DNA of 64,000 nucleotides from Octopus sinensis (Eukaryota): the NCBI RefSeq assembly GCF_006345805.1, contig NC_043003.1:93310001-93374000 (forward strand). The letters run 5' to 3'. Of the stretch, positions 40,073 to 53,309 are shown in pieces. Both the position numbers and the translations under genes were made by a program. The notes beneath the pieces were generated by a model, which worked only from the letters and a program-made list of their open reading frames with translations, ran no database searches and was not told the origin of the DNA. Each line of letters opens with the position of its first letter. Position 1 is the stretch's first letter.

Positions 40073-43000
40073 TGCACGCAAACACATGCATGGTTATACC
40101 TCTACCTCAACATATCTACATATTCACTTTATATAGACATAGTTGTAGCACATATACTTCCCAGCACCTCATACACACGTATACAAATGTTTGCTCTCTT
40201 TGTGTCGCTTTCTGTATCTCTGACACACACACACATACCTATTTCATCCCAACTTTATACCCACATATATTTCCCATATTCACACACACTCATATTTTCA
40301 CACCTGCAAATACACTGACACAAAGCAAAGCCATTGCTATTATATAAATTGTGTTTTCTAGGTAACCAATCAAAAATTGTTATCTACAACAAAAGACACA
40401 ACTGTTATATGACACCATTACAATATTCATGAACAAACTTTAAAATGTAATCTTTCAGAAATTAGTCGAAATAACTAAAGGTATCCTAAATATAAAGAAT
40501 ATAAATGTAAATCGTGCCAACAAAAAATAAAATAAAAAACAAAACAAAGCAAACAAATATTGAAGTATTTGGACAAATTCAAAACTACTCGGTGAAGTAT
40601 GGTGAATAATGGACACAGAAAATGTTTTCTTAAAATATCAAATATTATTTATGTCAGTCAATCAATCAATCAATCAATCAGTCATCATCATTTAATGTCT
40701 GTTGTCCATGCTGGTATGGACATGTGTGTGTTTATGTGTGTGTGTGTCAACTATTGGTGTTGATATAAAATTGTAGTAGATAGTCTGAGCAACAGTGATG
40801 AATGTGTGTGTGTGCGTGCGTGCATACATGTATATGAACTTTGTGTGTGTGTGTATGTATATATATATATATATACTGAACCAATTGAATAAATAGACAT
40901 AATTGAATGCTTTTTGGCTGATGTCTGTTGATATATATATATATACATGTATATATATACATGTATATATATATACATCTATATTTATATATATATATAT
41001 ATACATGTATATTGATATATATTGATATAAGAATAGCCTGGGCAAAGTTTAGGGAGCTCTTACCTCTGCTGGTGACTAAAGGCCTCTCGCTCAGAGTAAA
41101 AGGCAGACTGTATGATGCGTGTGTACGAACAGCCATGCTACATGGCAGTGAAACATGGGCCGTGACTGCCGAGGACATGCGTAAGCTCGTGAGGAATGAA
41201 GCCAGTATGCTCCGATGGATGTGTAATGTCAGTGTACATACTCGACAGAGCGTTAGCACCTTGAGAGAAATGTTGTAGGGACGAGGTGGTGAAGCACGAC
41301 CTTCGAACTTTAGGCCTCACTGAGGAAATGACCAGCGACCGAGACCTTTGGAAATATTCTGTACGTGAGAAGACCCGGCAGGACAAGTGAGCCAGCCCAC
41401 TTATGAATGCCTTTCCTCCCTTGGACACAAAGACCTGTTGAGGCAAGCGAAGTCGATATAGAACCTCATCCGACGACAGGCACCATGCCAACCCCCTTGC
41501 TTGCGAAGACATGTTGGGGCAAGCGAAATCGAATTGAACCAGCCAGGATCCCTGGTCTGGTGGTACGTAAAAAGCACTATCCGACTCGTGGCGATGCCAG
41601 CGCCGCCTCCACTGGCTTCCGGCCGGTGGCACGTAAAATACCCCAATCTGACTGTACGACAGGCACCCATGCCAACCCCCTTGCTTGCGAAGACTTGTTG
41701 GGGCAAGCGAAATCGAATTGAACCAGCCAGGATCCCTGGTCTGGTGGTACGTAAAAAGCACTATCCGACTCGTGGCCGATTGCCTCCACTGGCTTCCGTG
41801 CGGTGGCACGTAAAATACACCAATCTGACCGTACGACAGGCACCCATGCCAACCCCCTTGCTTGCGAAGACATGTTGGGGCAAGCGAAAACGAAATCGAA
41901 ATCGAATTGAACCAGCCAGGATCCCTGGTCTGGTGGTACGTAAAAAGCACTATCCGACTCCTGGCCGATGCCAACGCCGCCTCCACTGGCTTCCGTGCCG
42001 GTGGCACGTAAAATACACCAATCTGACCGTACGACAGGCACCCATGCCAACCCCCTTGCTTGCGAAGACATGTTGGGGCAAGCGAAATCGAAATCGAATT
42101 GAACCAGCCAGGATCCCTGGTCTGGTGGTACGTAAAAAGCACTATCCGACTCGTGGCCGATGCCAGCACCCCCTCGTTTGGCTTCCGTGCAGGTGGCACA
42201 TAAAATACACCAATCCGACCGTGGCCGTTGCCAGCCTCGCCTGGCACCTGTGCAGGTGGCACGTAAAAAGCACCCACTACACTCACGGAGTGGTTGGCAT
42301 TAGGAAGGGCATCCAGCTGTAGAAACACTGCCAGATAAGACTGGAGCCTGGTGCAGCCTTCTGGCTTTCCAGATCCCCGGTCGAACCGTCCAACCCATGC
42401 TAGCATGGAGAACGGACGTTAAACGATGATGATGATGATGATGATACATGTATATGTATGCATATATATATACATGTATATGTATATATATATACATGTA
42501 TATGTATGTATATGTATATATATATATACATGTATATGTATGTATATATATATACATGTATATGTATGTATATGTATGTATATGTACATGTATATGTATG
42601 TATATGTATATATATATATATACATGTATATGTATGTATATGTATATATATATACATGTATGTATATGTATGTATATGTATATATATATACATGTATGTA
42701 TATGTATGTATATGTATATATATATACATGTATGTATATGTATGTATATGTATATATATATACATGTATGTATATGTATGTATGTATATATATACATGTG
42801 TATGTATGTATATATATATATATACATGTGTATGTATATATATATATACATGTATATGTATGTATATATATATATACATGTATATGTATGTATGTATATA
42901 TATATACATGTATATGTATGTATGTATATATATACATGTATATGTATGTATGTATATATATATACATGTATATGTATGTATGTATATAACCTTAGTTTGA

Positions 43001-46000
43001 TATACATGTATATATATACATACATATAGGAGTATATATATACATACATATACATGTATGTATATATATATATACATATATATATACATATACATGTATA
43101 TATATATACATATATAGGCGCAGGAGTGGCTGTGTGGTAAGTAGCTTGCTAACCAACCACATGGTTCCGGGTTCAGTCCCACTGCGTGGCATCTTGGGCA
43201 AGTGTCTTCTGCTATAGCCCCAGGCCGACCAATGCCTTGTGAGTGGATTTGGTAGACGGAAACTGAAAGAAGCCTGTCGTATATATGTATATATATATGT
43301 GTGTGTTTGTATGTGTTTGTGTTTGTCCCCCTAGCATTGCCTGACAACCGATGCTGGTGTGTTTACGTCCCCGTTACTTAGCGGTTCGGCAAAAGAGACC
43401 GATAGAATAAGTACTGGGCTTACAAAGAATAAGTCCCGGAATCGATTTGCTCGACTAAAGGCGGTGCTTCAGCATGGCCGCAGTCAAATGACTGAAACAA
43501 GTAAAAGAGTAAAAGAGAGTAAGAGTATATATATATACATATACATATACAAGAGAGCAACTAATTTTGATAAACGCATTTTGGTTTGGCATAAGAAATA
43601 TAAATCTGTTGAAGATGTCCCCGAATACATTTCAATATCAGTGATCAACAAAGCCAAAGACTTGAGCCGTGTCTATGTCAGCCTCTGCATGGTTGCTGTC
43701 ACCATTGTCCTTTGCATCATTGTGATGTACAGCGGGAGACAGGCTGCAAAACGGGGTGAAGGAGTGTCAAAGACCAACATGGAGTGGCACCGCCAATATA
43801 ATCAACAAAAGAATGGAGATGACACCAAGAACTAAGACATATTGCTTCTTCCTCTTCTTCTCTCTCTCTCTCTCTCTCTCTCTCATACACACAGACTCTG
43901 CACACAGTTTCATGTAGAGGCATGTATACACAAACAAGCACATGCCCTTACACATACACATTAACACCTACACACTCACATAAACCACCCCATGACAATC
44001 AATATGGACTAACACACCCACACCCACAAATACGTGCACACACACGCATGCACGCACGTGCATACTTAATCATGCAAACACATTTTCATTCTTGTTCCCC
44101 AAAAAACCCTGCATATATACACCTAAACCGTGTGCTCCTTCTTTCTCCCACCACACACACATACATGCACACACACACAAAGGCAGTGTCCCATACACAT
44201 ATATATATATATCACATGATCATGTGATTGAGCAGACTGTTGAACGCTGTTATACATCGCTAGTCACAATGCACTTTGCATCGTTTTAGCTTTCTAACGA
44301 GGCCACCCTACTGACTAAGTCAGCAGGCCAAAATACATACATATACATATATATATATATATATATATACATACACACACATACATACATACATATACAT
44401 ACATACAGGATGAGCCAAAAGTCATGCACAAAATTCAATATGTTCTAGAATTGTCCATAACATGTTTCAGTTTTTCTAAAATTGAATAAAACAATATTGA
44501 ACACATACGTACTTGTACACGTTGAACAAAATGAATAATAATAATAACAATAACAATAATAATAATAATAACTACACTCACGGAGTGGTTGGCGTTAGGA
44601 AGGGCATCCAGCTGTAGAAACACTGCCAGATCAGACTGGAGCCTGGTGCAGCCTTCTGGCTTCCCAGACCCCGGTCGAACCGTCCAACCCATGCCAGCAT
44701 GGAAAGCGGACGTTAAACGATGATGATGATGATGATGATATATACATACATATACATCATCATCATCATTTAACGTCCGTTTTCCACGCTACCATGGGTT
44801 GGACGGTTCGACCGGGATCTGGAAGCCATGGAGGCTGCACCGTCCAACCCATGGTAGCGTGGAAAACGGACGTTAAATGATGATGATGATGTATATGTAT
44901 GTATATATATATACATGTATATGTATATATATATACATGTATATGTATATATATATACATGTATATGTATATATATATACTTGTATATGTATGTATATAT
45001 ATATACATGTATATCAAACTAAGGTTACAGAACAAACAAATGCAAGGTCATCCACATAACATTTCATATCTCGAACATTTAATCATAGAATATACATTTA
45101 TGACATCACGGAAGATGAAACATAACTCATCTGTACAAGCATATAAGAAAGTGTGAGAAAAATGTGTGAATACTAGTGATTAATCACGGTTAATGTTAAT
45201 ACTTTAGCGATTAAGAAATATATATTTTTTAAAAAACATTACAGCACCTAGAAAATAGATACGTAAAAATATAGTATAAAGTAATATATAAATATATAGG
45301 TATATAAAAATATATAAAAAATATATATATATATATAGAGGCGCAATGGCCCAGTGGTTAGGGCAGCGGACTTGCGGTCGTAGAATCTCGGTTTCGATTC
45401 CCAGACCGGGCGTTGTGTGTGTTTATTGAGCGAAAACACCTAAAAGCTCCACGAGGCTCCGGCAGGGGATGGTGGTGATCCCTGCTGTACTCTTTCACCA
45501 CTCTAAAGGCGGTGCTCCAGCATGGCCGCAGTCAAATGACTGAAACAAGTACAAAAAAAAAAAAAAAAAAAATATATATAGAAAGCGTATAAATAAGTAA
45601 TATATAATGTAAAAATAAAAGTTCATCGTTTAGAAAATCTTTTAAAAATTACTTTTCAAATAAAGGAAACCTATAGTTAAAAACCAGTGTCCAAGCAAAA
45701 AAAAAGAAACCATATGGGAGATGTAAATATGGTTTCTTCTTTTTTGCTTGGACACTGGTTTTTAACTATAGGTTTCCTTTATTTGAAAAGTAATTTTTAA
45801 AAGATTTTCTAAACGATGAACTTTTATTTTTACACTACTGCCTCCAGGTACTTGATGTAGGCCTCTGCGTTGAGTGAGGTTGTGTGGGAAGATGAAAGGA
45901 GGTATAATGTCGACATCACTAGTAATCACTCCAACTACCATGATGTTGACTGGATGCTTGATTTTTATCACTCTCAGTACATGTTTTGCGGACATTGCAA

Positions 46001-46610
46001 GCCAACAGTTGTTCTCTTTGTTCACCGTCTGATCCTGGCAGAAATTGTTCTCATCTGAGAAAAACCAAAGCATGTTCAGTTGAAGGGGATGCTTGAGTTT
46101 GTTCCAAAGCTTTGTAGTGCGTTCTTTCCTTTTGCCCTTCATGACTTGGGATGAAAATTGGCCCTTTCTGATTTTGTATGAGGAATACCAAATGTCTTCA
46201 TGCACTACTTGCCTGATAAGAAACTTGGAGAGATCGTTGTCAATCATGGCCTGGATCTTACCAACAAGTTCAGGAGTTCTTTTCCTATCAGAACAATCAG
46301 AGTGAGTTTTCCGAGCTGCCGTACCTTCATATTCACCATTAGACTCATTCAACTCTTTCCGAATCCTCTGCACTGTCCTCAGATTAACATCCAAACACTC
46401 TGAAGTTTTCGTATTGGAGCTTCTGGCCTGAATGCTAAACAGTATAGCATGTCGCTTCCAAATTTCTGGCAGAGTGAATTATGCCATGGTGCTGTTTTGC
46501 TCATAGATGGTGCCCAACTGACCCTACTATACTGTGTAGTCAAGTCAAAAACAAACAATGTGCATGCGTGAAATTAGAAATATAAAATGGTGACAGTTTA
46601 CCCATTGCAT

Positions 46611-46649
<39 letters not shown>

Positions 46650-48368
46650 TATATATATAATATATATATATATATTTGTGTGTGTGTCTTTGTGTCTGTG
46701 TTTGTCCCTCACCACTGCTTGACAACTGGTGTTGGTGTGTTTACATCCCCATAACTTAGTTTGGCAAAAGAGAGTGATAGAATAAGTACTAGGCTTAAAA
46801 AGAGAGAAAACTAAAGTACCGGGGTCGATCCAATCAACTTAAAATTCCTCAAGGCAGTGCCTCAGCATGGCCACAGTCCAATGACTGAACAAGTAAAAGA
46901 TAAAAGATACATGGCATATTTGAAATTCAGATAACTGGAGGAAATAAGATCCTATGGGCAAAATGATCTATTAAAAGGGGTTTAAATATGATTGTTGTTT
47001 TGACGAAATTTTGTAAATCTTCTTTGTAGCATCCAGTGGATGTTTTATCCAATAGTTTAGTTTCTAATGAAAGAGAAAGAAAAAAGTTAATAAAGATATG
47101 TGATAAGCTTTTGTATGGGGGTTCTCTTGAGACATGGAATGTATTTCAAAGGTTTCACAAGAGATAAAGGGTTGGGATACACTGTTCAAGAAAGTGTTGC
47201 TCCAGCATGGCCACATTCAAATGACTGAAACCAGTAAAGAAAAAGTAAAAAAGATGACAAATGTTGAGGTGATGAGGCAACTAAAAGCATTATGAGTGGA
47301 TCTGGTAGACTGAAAGACGCCTATCATATGTGGGGGGGTGAGTGTATGTGTATGTATTTATATGCATGCGTATGCATATGTATGTGTGCGTATGTGCGAG
47401 TGTGTTTTGTATGAGTGCGTTTGTATTTCCCTCTTGTTTGTAAAGCATGGCTTTGCTGACGGTGTCATTTGATGGTTGTCCACCATAAAAGCATGTCTGG
47501 GATTCTTGACATGTCTTAACATGTTGTGCAATCTTTATATTTGAAAATGTAGGCATTAAAACAAGCTGATGACAATGATATTACTCTTTTACTTGTTTCA
47601 GTCATCTGACTGCGGCCATGCTGGAGCACCGCCTTTAATCGAGCAACTCGACCCCAGGACTTATTCTTTTTGTAAGCCTGGTACTTATTCTATCGGTCTC
47701 TTTTGCTGAACCGCTAAGTTACGGGGACATAAACACACCAGCATCGGTTGTCAAGCAATGCTAGGGGGACAAACACAGACACACAAACACACACACGCAT
47801 ATATATATATACATATATACGACGGGCTTCTTTCAGTTTCCGTCTACCAAATCCACTCACAAGGCTTTGGTCGGCCCAAGGCTATAATAGAAGACACTTG
47901 CCTAAGGTGCCACGCAGTGGGACTGAACCTGGAACCATGTGGTTGGTAAACAAGCTACTTACCACACAGCCTTATGCGCCGATGTCACATAACAAATGCC
48001 AATGCCACATAAAATTGCTCATGCTGATGCCACATTAAAAGCTCCCAGCACACACTATAAACTGGTTGGCATTAGGAAGGGCACTCAGCTGGAGAAACCA
48101 AGCCAAATCAGACTGGAACTTGGTGCCCCTTGCCAACTGTGGTCATACACATGCCAGCATGGAAAATGGACATTAAAGGATGATGATGTTAAATATATAC
48201 ATATATGCACAGGTTTGGCTGTGTGGTAAGAAGCTTGCTTCCCAACCACATGATTCCAGGTTCAGTCCCACTGTGTGACCCTTGGACAAGTGTCTTCTAC
48301 TACAGCCTCGGGTTGATCAAAGCCTTGTGAGTGGATTTGGTAGACAGAAACTGAAAGAACCTGTCGTT

Positions 48369-48407
<39 letters not shown>

Positions 48408-49691
48408 ATGTAGTTTTGTGTTTGCCCCCCAAAAACCATTGCTTGACAACCGATGTTGGTGTGTTTATGTCCCTGAAACTTAGCAGTTCAGCAAAAGAGA
48501 CTGATAGAATAACTACTAGGCTTACAAAGAATAAGTTCTGGGGTTGATTTCTTTGACTAAAAGTGGTGCTCCAGCATGGCTGCAGTCAAATGGCTGAAAT
48601 GTGTAAAAGACTAAAAAAGTATACACACACGCACACATATATATATATACACACAGACATTAATGTGTCTTTCTATGATTTACTTGCAGAATACAATTTT
48701 TCTCATCGAATTGACCATTTTTCATTTGGAGAAATTGGTGCCAGATTTGTTCACCCTCTTGATGGAGAAGTAATGATCACAAAACAAAGTAAGATTCCAA
48801 TTATGTCTTTTAATTTCATTTATATATATATATATTATTTATGAGCGTCTAATTTATATATTTCTTGTGCACATCCTGATGTTCGTTTTTCTTCTTTTTT
48901 TTTCAATTGTTTGTTTATTAGAATTAACTATATACATATCTATGTATGTATATATGCATGTGTATAACGGGAAGGTTTACGAAAATAAGCAAAAGACGAA
49001 GGCAGGTGGAGTACAAACAAACAAATGTATTAGTATAGCGCTCAGGAATAGAAATAGAACTAGTCTTTTACATTTTGAGCCTATGCTCTTCGACAGAAAG
49101 ATACACAGGAAAAATCAAGGAGAGAAAAAAATGCGTATAGGAGCTAACGATTTATCATGGCGTCCTGACTTCGGACAGTGGTCAGGGGAGATAACAGGGT
49201 CAAGTGACTTCCAAATGCATGTATATATGTGTGTATGTTTTATAGATATATACACGGGCTTATGTGGTTAAGAAGTTTGTTTCAAAACTACTTTATTTTA
49301 GGGGTTTGGTCCTACTGTGTGGCAATTATCTTCTGTTATAGCCTTGAGTTGTGTAGCACCTTTTCAGTGAAAACTGATTGGTAGAAACTATAAGGAAGCT
49401 CACTATGTTTGTGTGTGTATGCATGCATGCATGTTTGGGCAGTGAAGCTGATGCTTGTTTCCATAAACAAAATGTCTGGCAGTAGTTTAACATGTAAAAA
49501 TTTGGAATAAAACTACCTTACTTGGAAAGCAAGTAAAAGGTTAGCATCAAGAAGGGCTTTCAAATATGGTAGTTTATTCCATGTTTTTACCTGTAAAACT
49601 ACTGCTAGATATAAAAATGGTGATGACATGGCATCCCTCCTAACACTGAATCTGATATATTATCCATGATATATGTAAAAATGATATTTCC

Positions 49692-49724
<33 letters not shown>

Positions 49725-49782
49725 ACCATCCAACCATCCAACCCGTGCTAGCACGGAAAATGGACGTTAAACGATGATGATG

Positions 49783-49813
<31 letters not shown>

Positions 49814-52800
49814 CATACATATATCATCATCATCGCTTAATGTCCGTCTGCCATGAGTGAGGCAGTTTGACCAGAGCCAGCCAAGCAGAAGCCTGCACCA
49901 GACTTTTGCAACTGTTTTGGCAGGATTTCTACAGCTGGATGCCTTTCCTAACACCAATCACTAAGCAGAGTTGACTTAGTCCGTTTTATGTGGCAAAAGC
50001 ACAAGCGAGGTCAGTTTTGGCAAAGATTTTACAGCTGGATGACTTTCCAAACACCAACCACTTTACGGTGTGGACTGGGTGCTTTTAGGTGGTACCTGCA
50101 CTGACAGGGTCACCAAGTGCTTGCAAGACAAAAAAAATCTCTTTTGAGAGGGAAGTGGATGTTGGAGGAGGTGATCTTGTGCCAGATGATGAAAGGTTAT
50201 AGTGAGACAGAGAGACAGAAACAGATGTCCTGCTGTAGAGGAGGTACAAGGTTACCCAGCTGGAGAGAGAGAGAGAGATCAGGAATGAAGATAAAAACAG
50301 GTGCACTGCTGCAAAGGAAATACATAGTTACCCAACTTGAGGGAAGTTTAGGGAAAGGAGTGAGAGAGTGGGAGAAAGCAGGATAAAGATGGTGGCAAAG
50401 TACTAGGCATACATAAAAGGGACAGGGATCAGAATATAAATAAGATGATTGTGTAAAGGACGAGAGAGATATAGATGGTGGCAAGTGCCAGGGCATACCC
50501 TTGAGGTTCGAACGTCATAATATAAGTGGCAGGATATTGTGGGAAAGAGTGATTAGAGAGGGCAGAGGTGGGGTGGCGAAAACCTGGGTACATACAGTGT
50601 TGGTGGGGCTACTGGATAGCAATAATACAGAGAACAGGATTGGGGAGCGAAAGGTAGGCATAGTGTGTGAAGGGAGAAATGTGAGGAAGAGATGTAGAGA
50701 TACAGATTGGTTTGTTGGGGTAGGGTGTGTGAAAAGTTTTCTTGTTATGCATAGGTGGAACACACAACTTGGGGGCTAGCAGGTATCTGTGATACAGTGA
50801 GATAGGGCATGTGGGTGGAACACACAGGTTAGGGGATAGTGGAGAACAATGATATAGGGGAACAGGGCCAAGAGGACAGGAATGAGGAGTGAGAGTTAAG
50901 CATGGTGCATGAGGTGGAAATACAAGGAAGTGAAGAGATGTAGCTTGGTTTGTTATGGTAGAGTGTGTGAGAAGTTTTCCTGTTAAGTGTGGCTGGGATA
51001 CACAGTGCTTATTAAATCACAGTTTCGCTGATGTGGGTGGGTCTTCTCAAGAACCTCATATCACCAGACATCTCAGTCCATTGTCATTTCCTCTGTGAGG
51101 CCCAACATCCTGAGATCGGTCCTTACCACTTCATCCCACAACTTCCTGGGTCTCCCTCTCCTATGGGTACCGCCCACTTTCAGTGATTGGCACTTCTTTA
51201 TGCAGCTGTCCTCATTCATACACGTCACATGTCCAAACCAACATAGTCTTCTCTCTTGCATGCTACATTTGATTCCTCATTATGCCCAACTTTTCTCTCA
51301 ATATATTTGCACTTTGTTGTAGATGCACACTGATGTTGCACATCAAATGGAGCATACTACCTACATTTCTTACCAGTCTATGCATGTCTTCTGCATTCAG
51401 AGCCCATGTCTCACTACCATGGAATACAGCCATTCACACACAAGCACCATACAGTTTACCTTTCACTTTGAGAGATAGTCTTTTTGTTGCCAGCAGAAGT
51501 AGTAGCTCTCTGAACTTCTTCCACCCAATTCTTATTCTAGAAAGCATCCTCTACCATTGCTAATTTGGTCACCTAGGTAACAGAAACTATCTACAACCTC
51601 AAGAGAGCCTCCTGGGCATTTGAGAGAATCTAAGTCCCATGTGCTCTTAGTGCTTATTGTTCCTACACATCTTACTTTCTCCCTTATTTTAAATTTCATG
51701 ACATTTCACCTCATAACTTTTTTCCTACTAATTTTTGTTGAATGCGACTAATGATTCTGAATTCTTCATACATTTTTCTATCATTTAAGCCTAAGAAAAG
51801 TATACTTTTATTTTAAAATAAGTAATTGAAATAAATGCAGTGTATGGCAACAAAAGGGTGAAAACTGAGGTAATTTTTTTTGTTAATGTCTTTTTTTGCA
51901 AGAACTGTTTCCATCAGTGTGCCATTTATATTGCCAACCTTTGTTTATCTTTTTCAGATTATCACATGTTCCAATATTTCATGCAAGTTGTTCCAACTGA
52001 AGTTCGCACATATAAGAACAACATGGACACTTACCAGTTTGCTGTTACAGCAAAGGTAATTTTAGTTTGCTTACAGTGTAGAATTTTTTTATATATTGTG
52101 CAAGTGTGGATGTATGGTTAAGTTTGCTTCTCAATCACATAGTTATGGGTCTAGTCTCACTGCGTGACACTTAGAACAAGTGTCCCCTATCATAGCCCCA
52201 GGTTGCCTAAATCCTTGTGAGTAGATTTGGCCAGCCCATTGAAAGAAGCCCGTTGTATATATGCATATCTGTGTGTGTGTGTGTGTGTGTTCTTGGTTGT
52301 AAATAAATGTCACTGTCATGCAAGTGGTGTCATTTTCCAATCTTCTGCAAAAACATGTCTGGCCTTGGAGAAATATTATTTTGCTTGGAAACAACAAGTG
52401 AAGGTTGGCAACAAGGAAGGCATCTGGTCATATAAAACTTGCCTCCATGAACTCCATCCAACCCATGCATGAGTTGATCAACTGCACTTCTCATTTATAT
52501 ACGTACACACTCTCTTTTGTTCATGTTTTTGGATGCTACCTTGAAGGTATATTCTGATATCTTGTTGCAACCATATTTAACTCTCTTTCTTGCTCCACTT
52601 CAGACACCCCATCCACCCAATTAACCCGATCCTGTTCCTCATATCCTGCTTTAATCTGTCAACATCCTGCATAATGCAATGACTATCTCTCTCTCTCTCT
52701 CTCTCTCTCTTCGTTGAGGAGGCTCTATAGTTGTGTGAGATACAAGGCCACCTCACTAGTACGGGTGCCACAAAAAACAAGTAAATCTAGTACACAGTAA

Positions 52801-53264
52801 AGTGATTCGCATTAGGAATGGAATCCAGCTATAGAAACTATACCAGAACTAAAACATTGGAGGAACATGTGGTTCTCTAACCTGTTTAGACACTATTAAA
52901 ACGTCCAACCCATATAAGTATGGAGAGTGGATACAAAATGATGATAATGAGGAAGAGAAGAATGTACTTTCTACTGGCTGTTCACAGTTGTGACCATATA
53001 CACAACTGTGAACATATGACATATGCACATTTTATCATCTATGATGGTTTTCTCTTGATTAACTATTAGTTAATGACTGTGAAAGTATGCAATCTTGTGT
53101 CTCAGTTGTTGGGCCAGGTGGTATGTTGTATTCTTGAACTAGGCGCAGGAGTGGCTCTGTGGTAAGTAGCTTGTTTACCAACCACGTGCTTCTGGGTTCA
53201 GTCCCACTGCATGGCACCTTGGGCAAGTGTCTTCTACTATAGCCTCGGGCCAACTAAAGCCGTA

Positions 53265-53309
<45 letters not shown>

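Noticed and set aside
41138-42406. 422-aa and 273-aa ORFs
   Set aside because: They are translations of the tandemly amplified RTE 3'UTR and tail; the peptide repeats track the DNA repeat units.
42300-43347. Several 180-315-aa Y/I/M/C/V/H-rich ORFs
   Set aside because: Microsatellite translations that are stop-free by composition.
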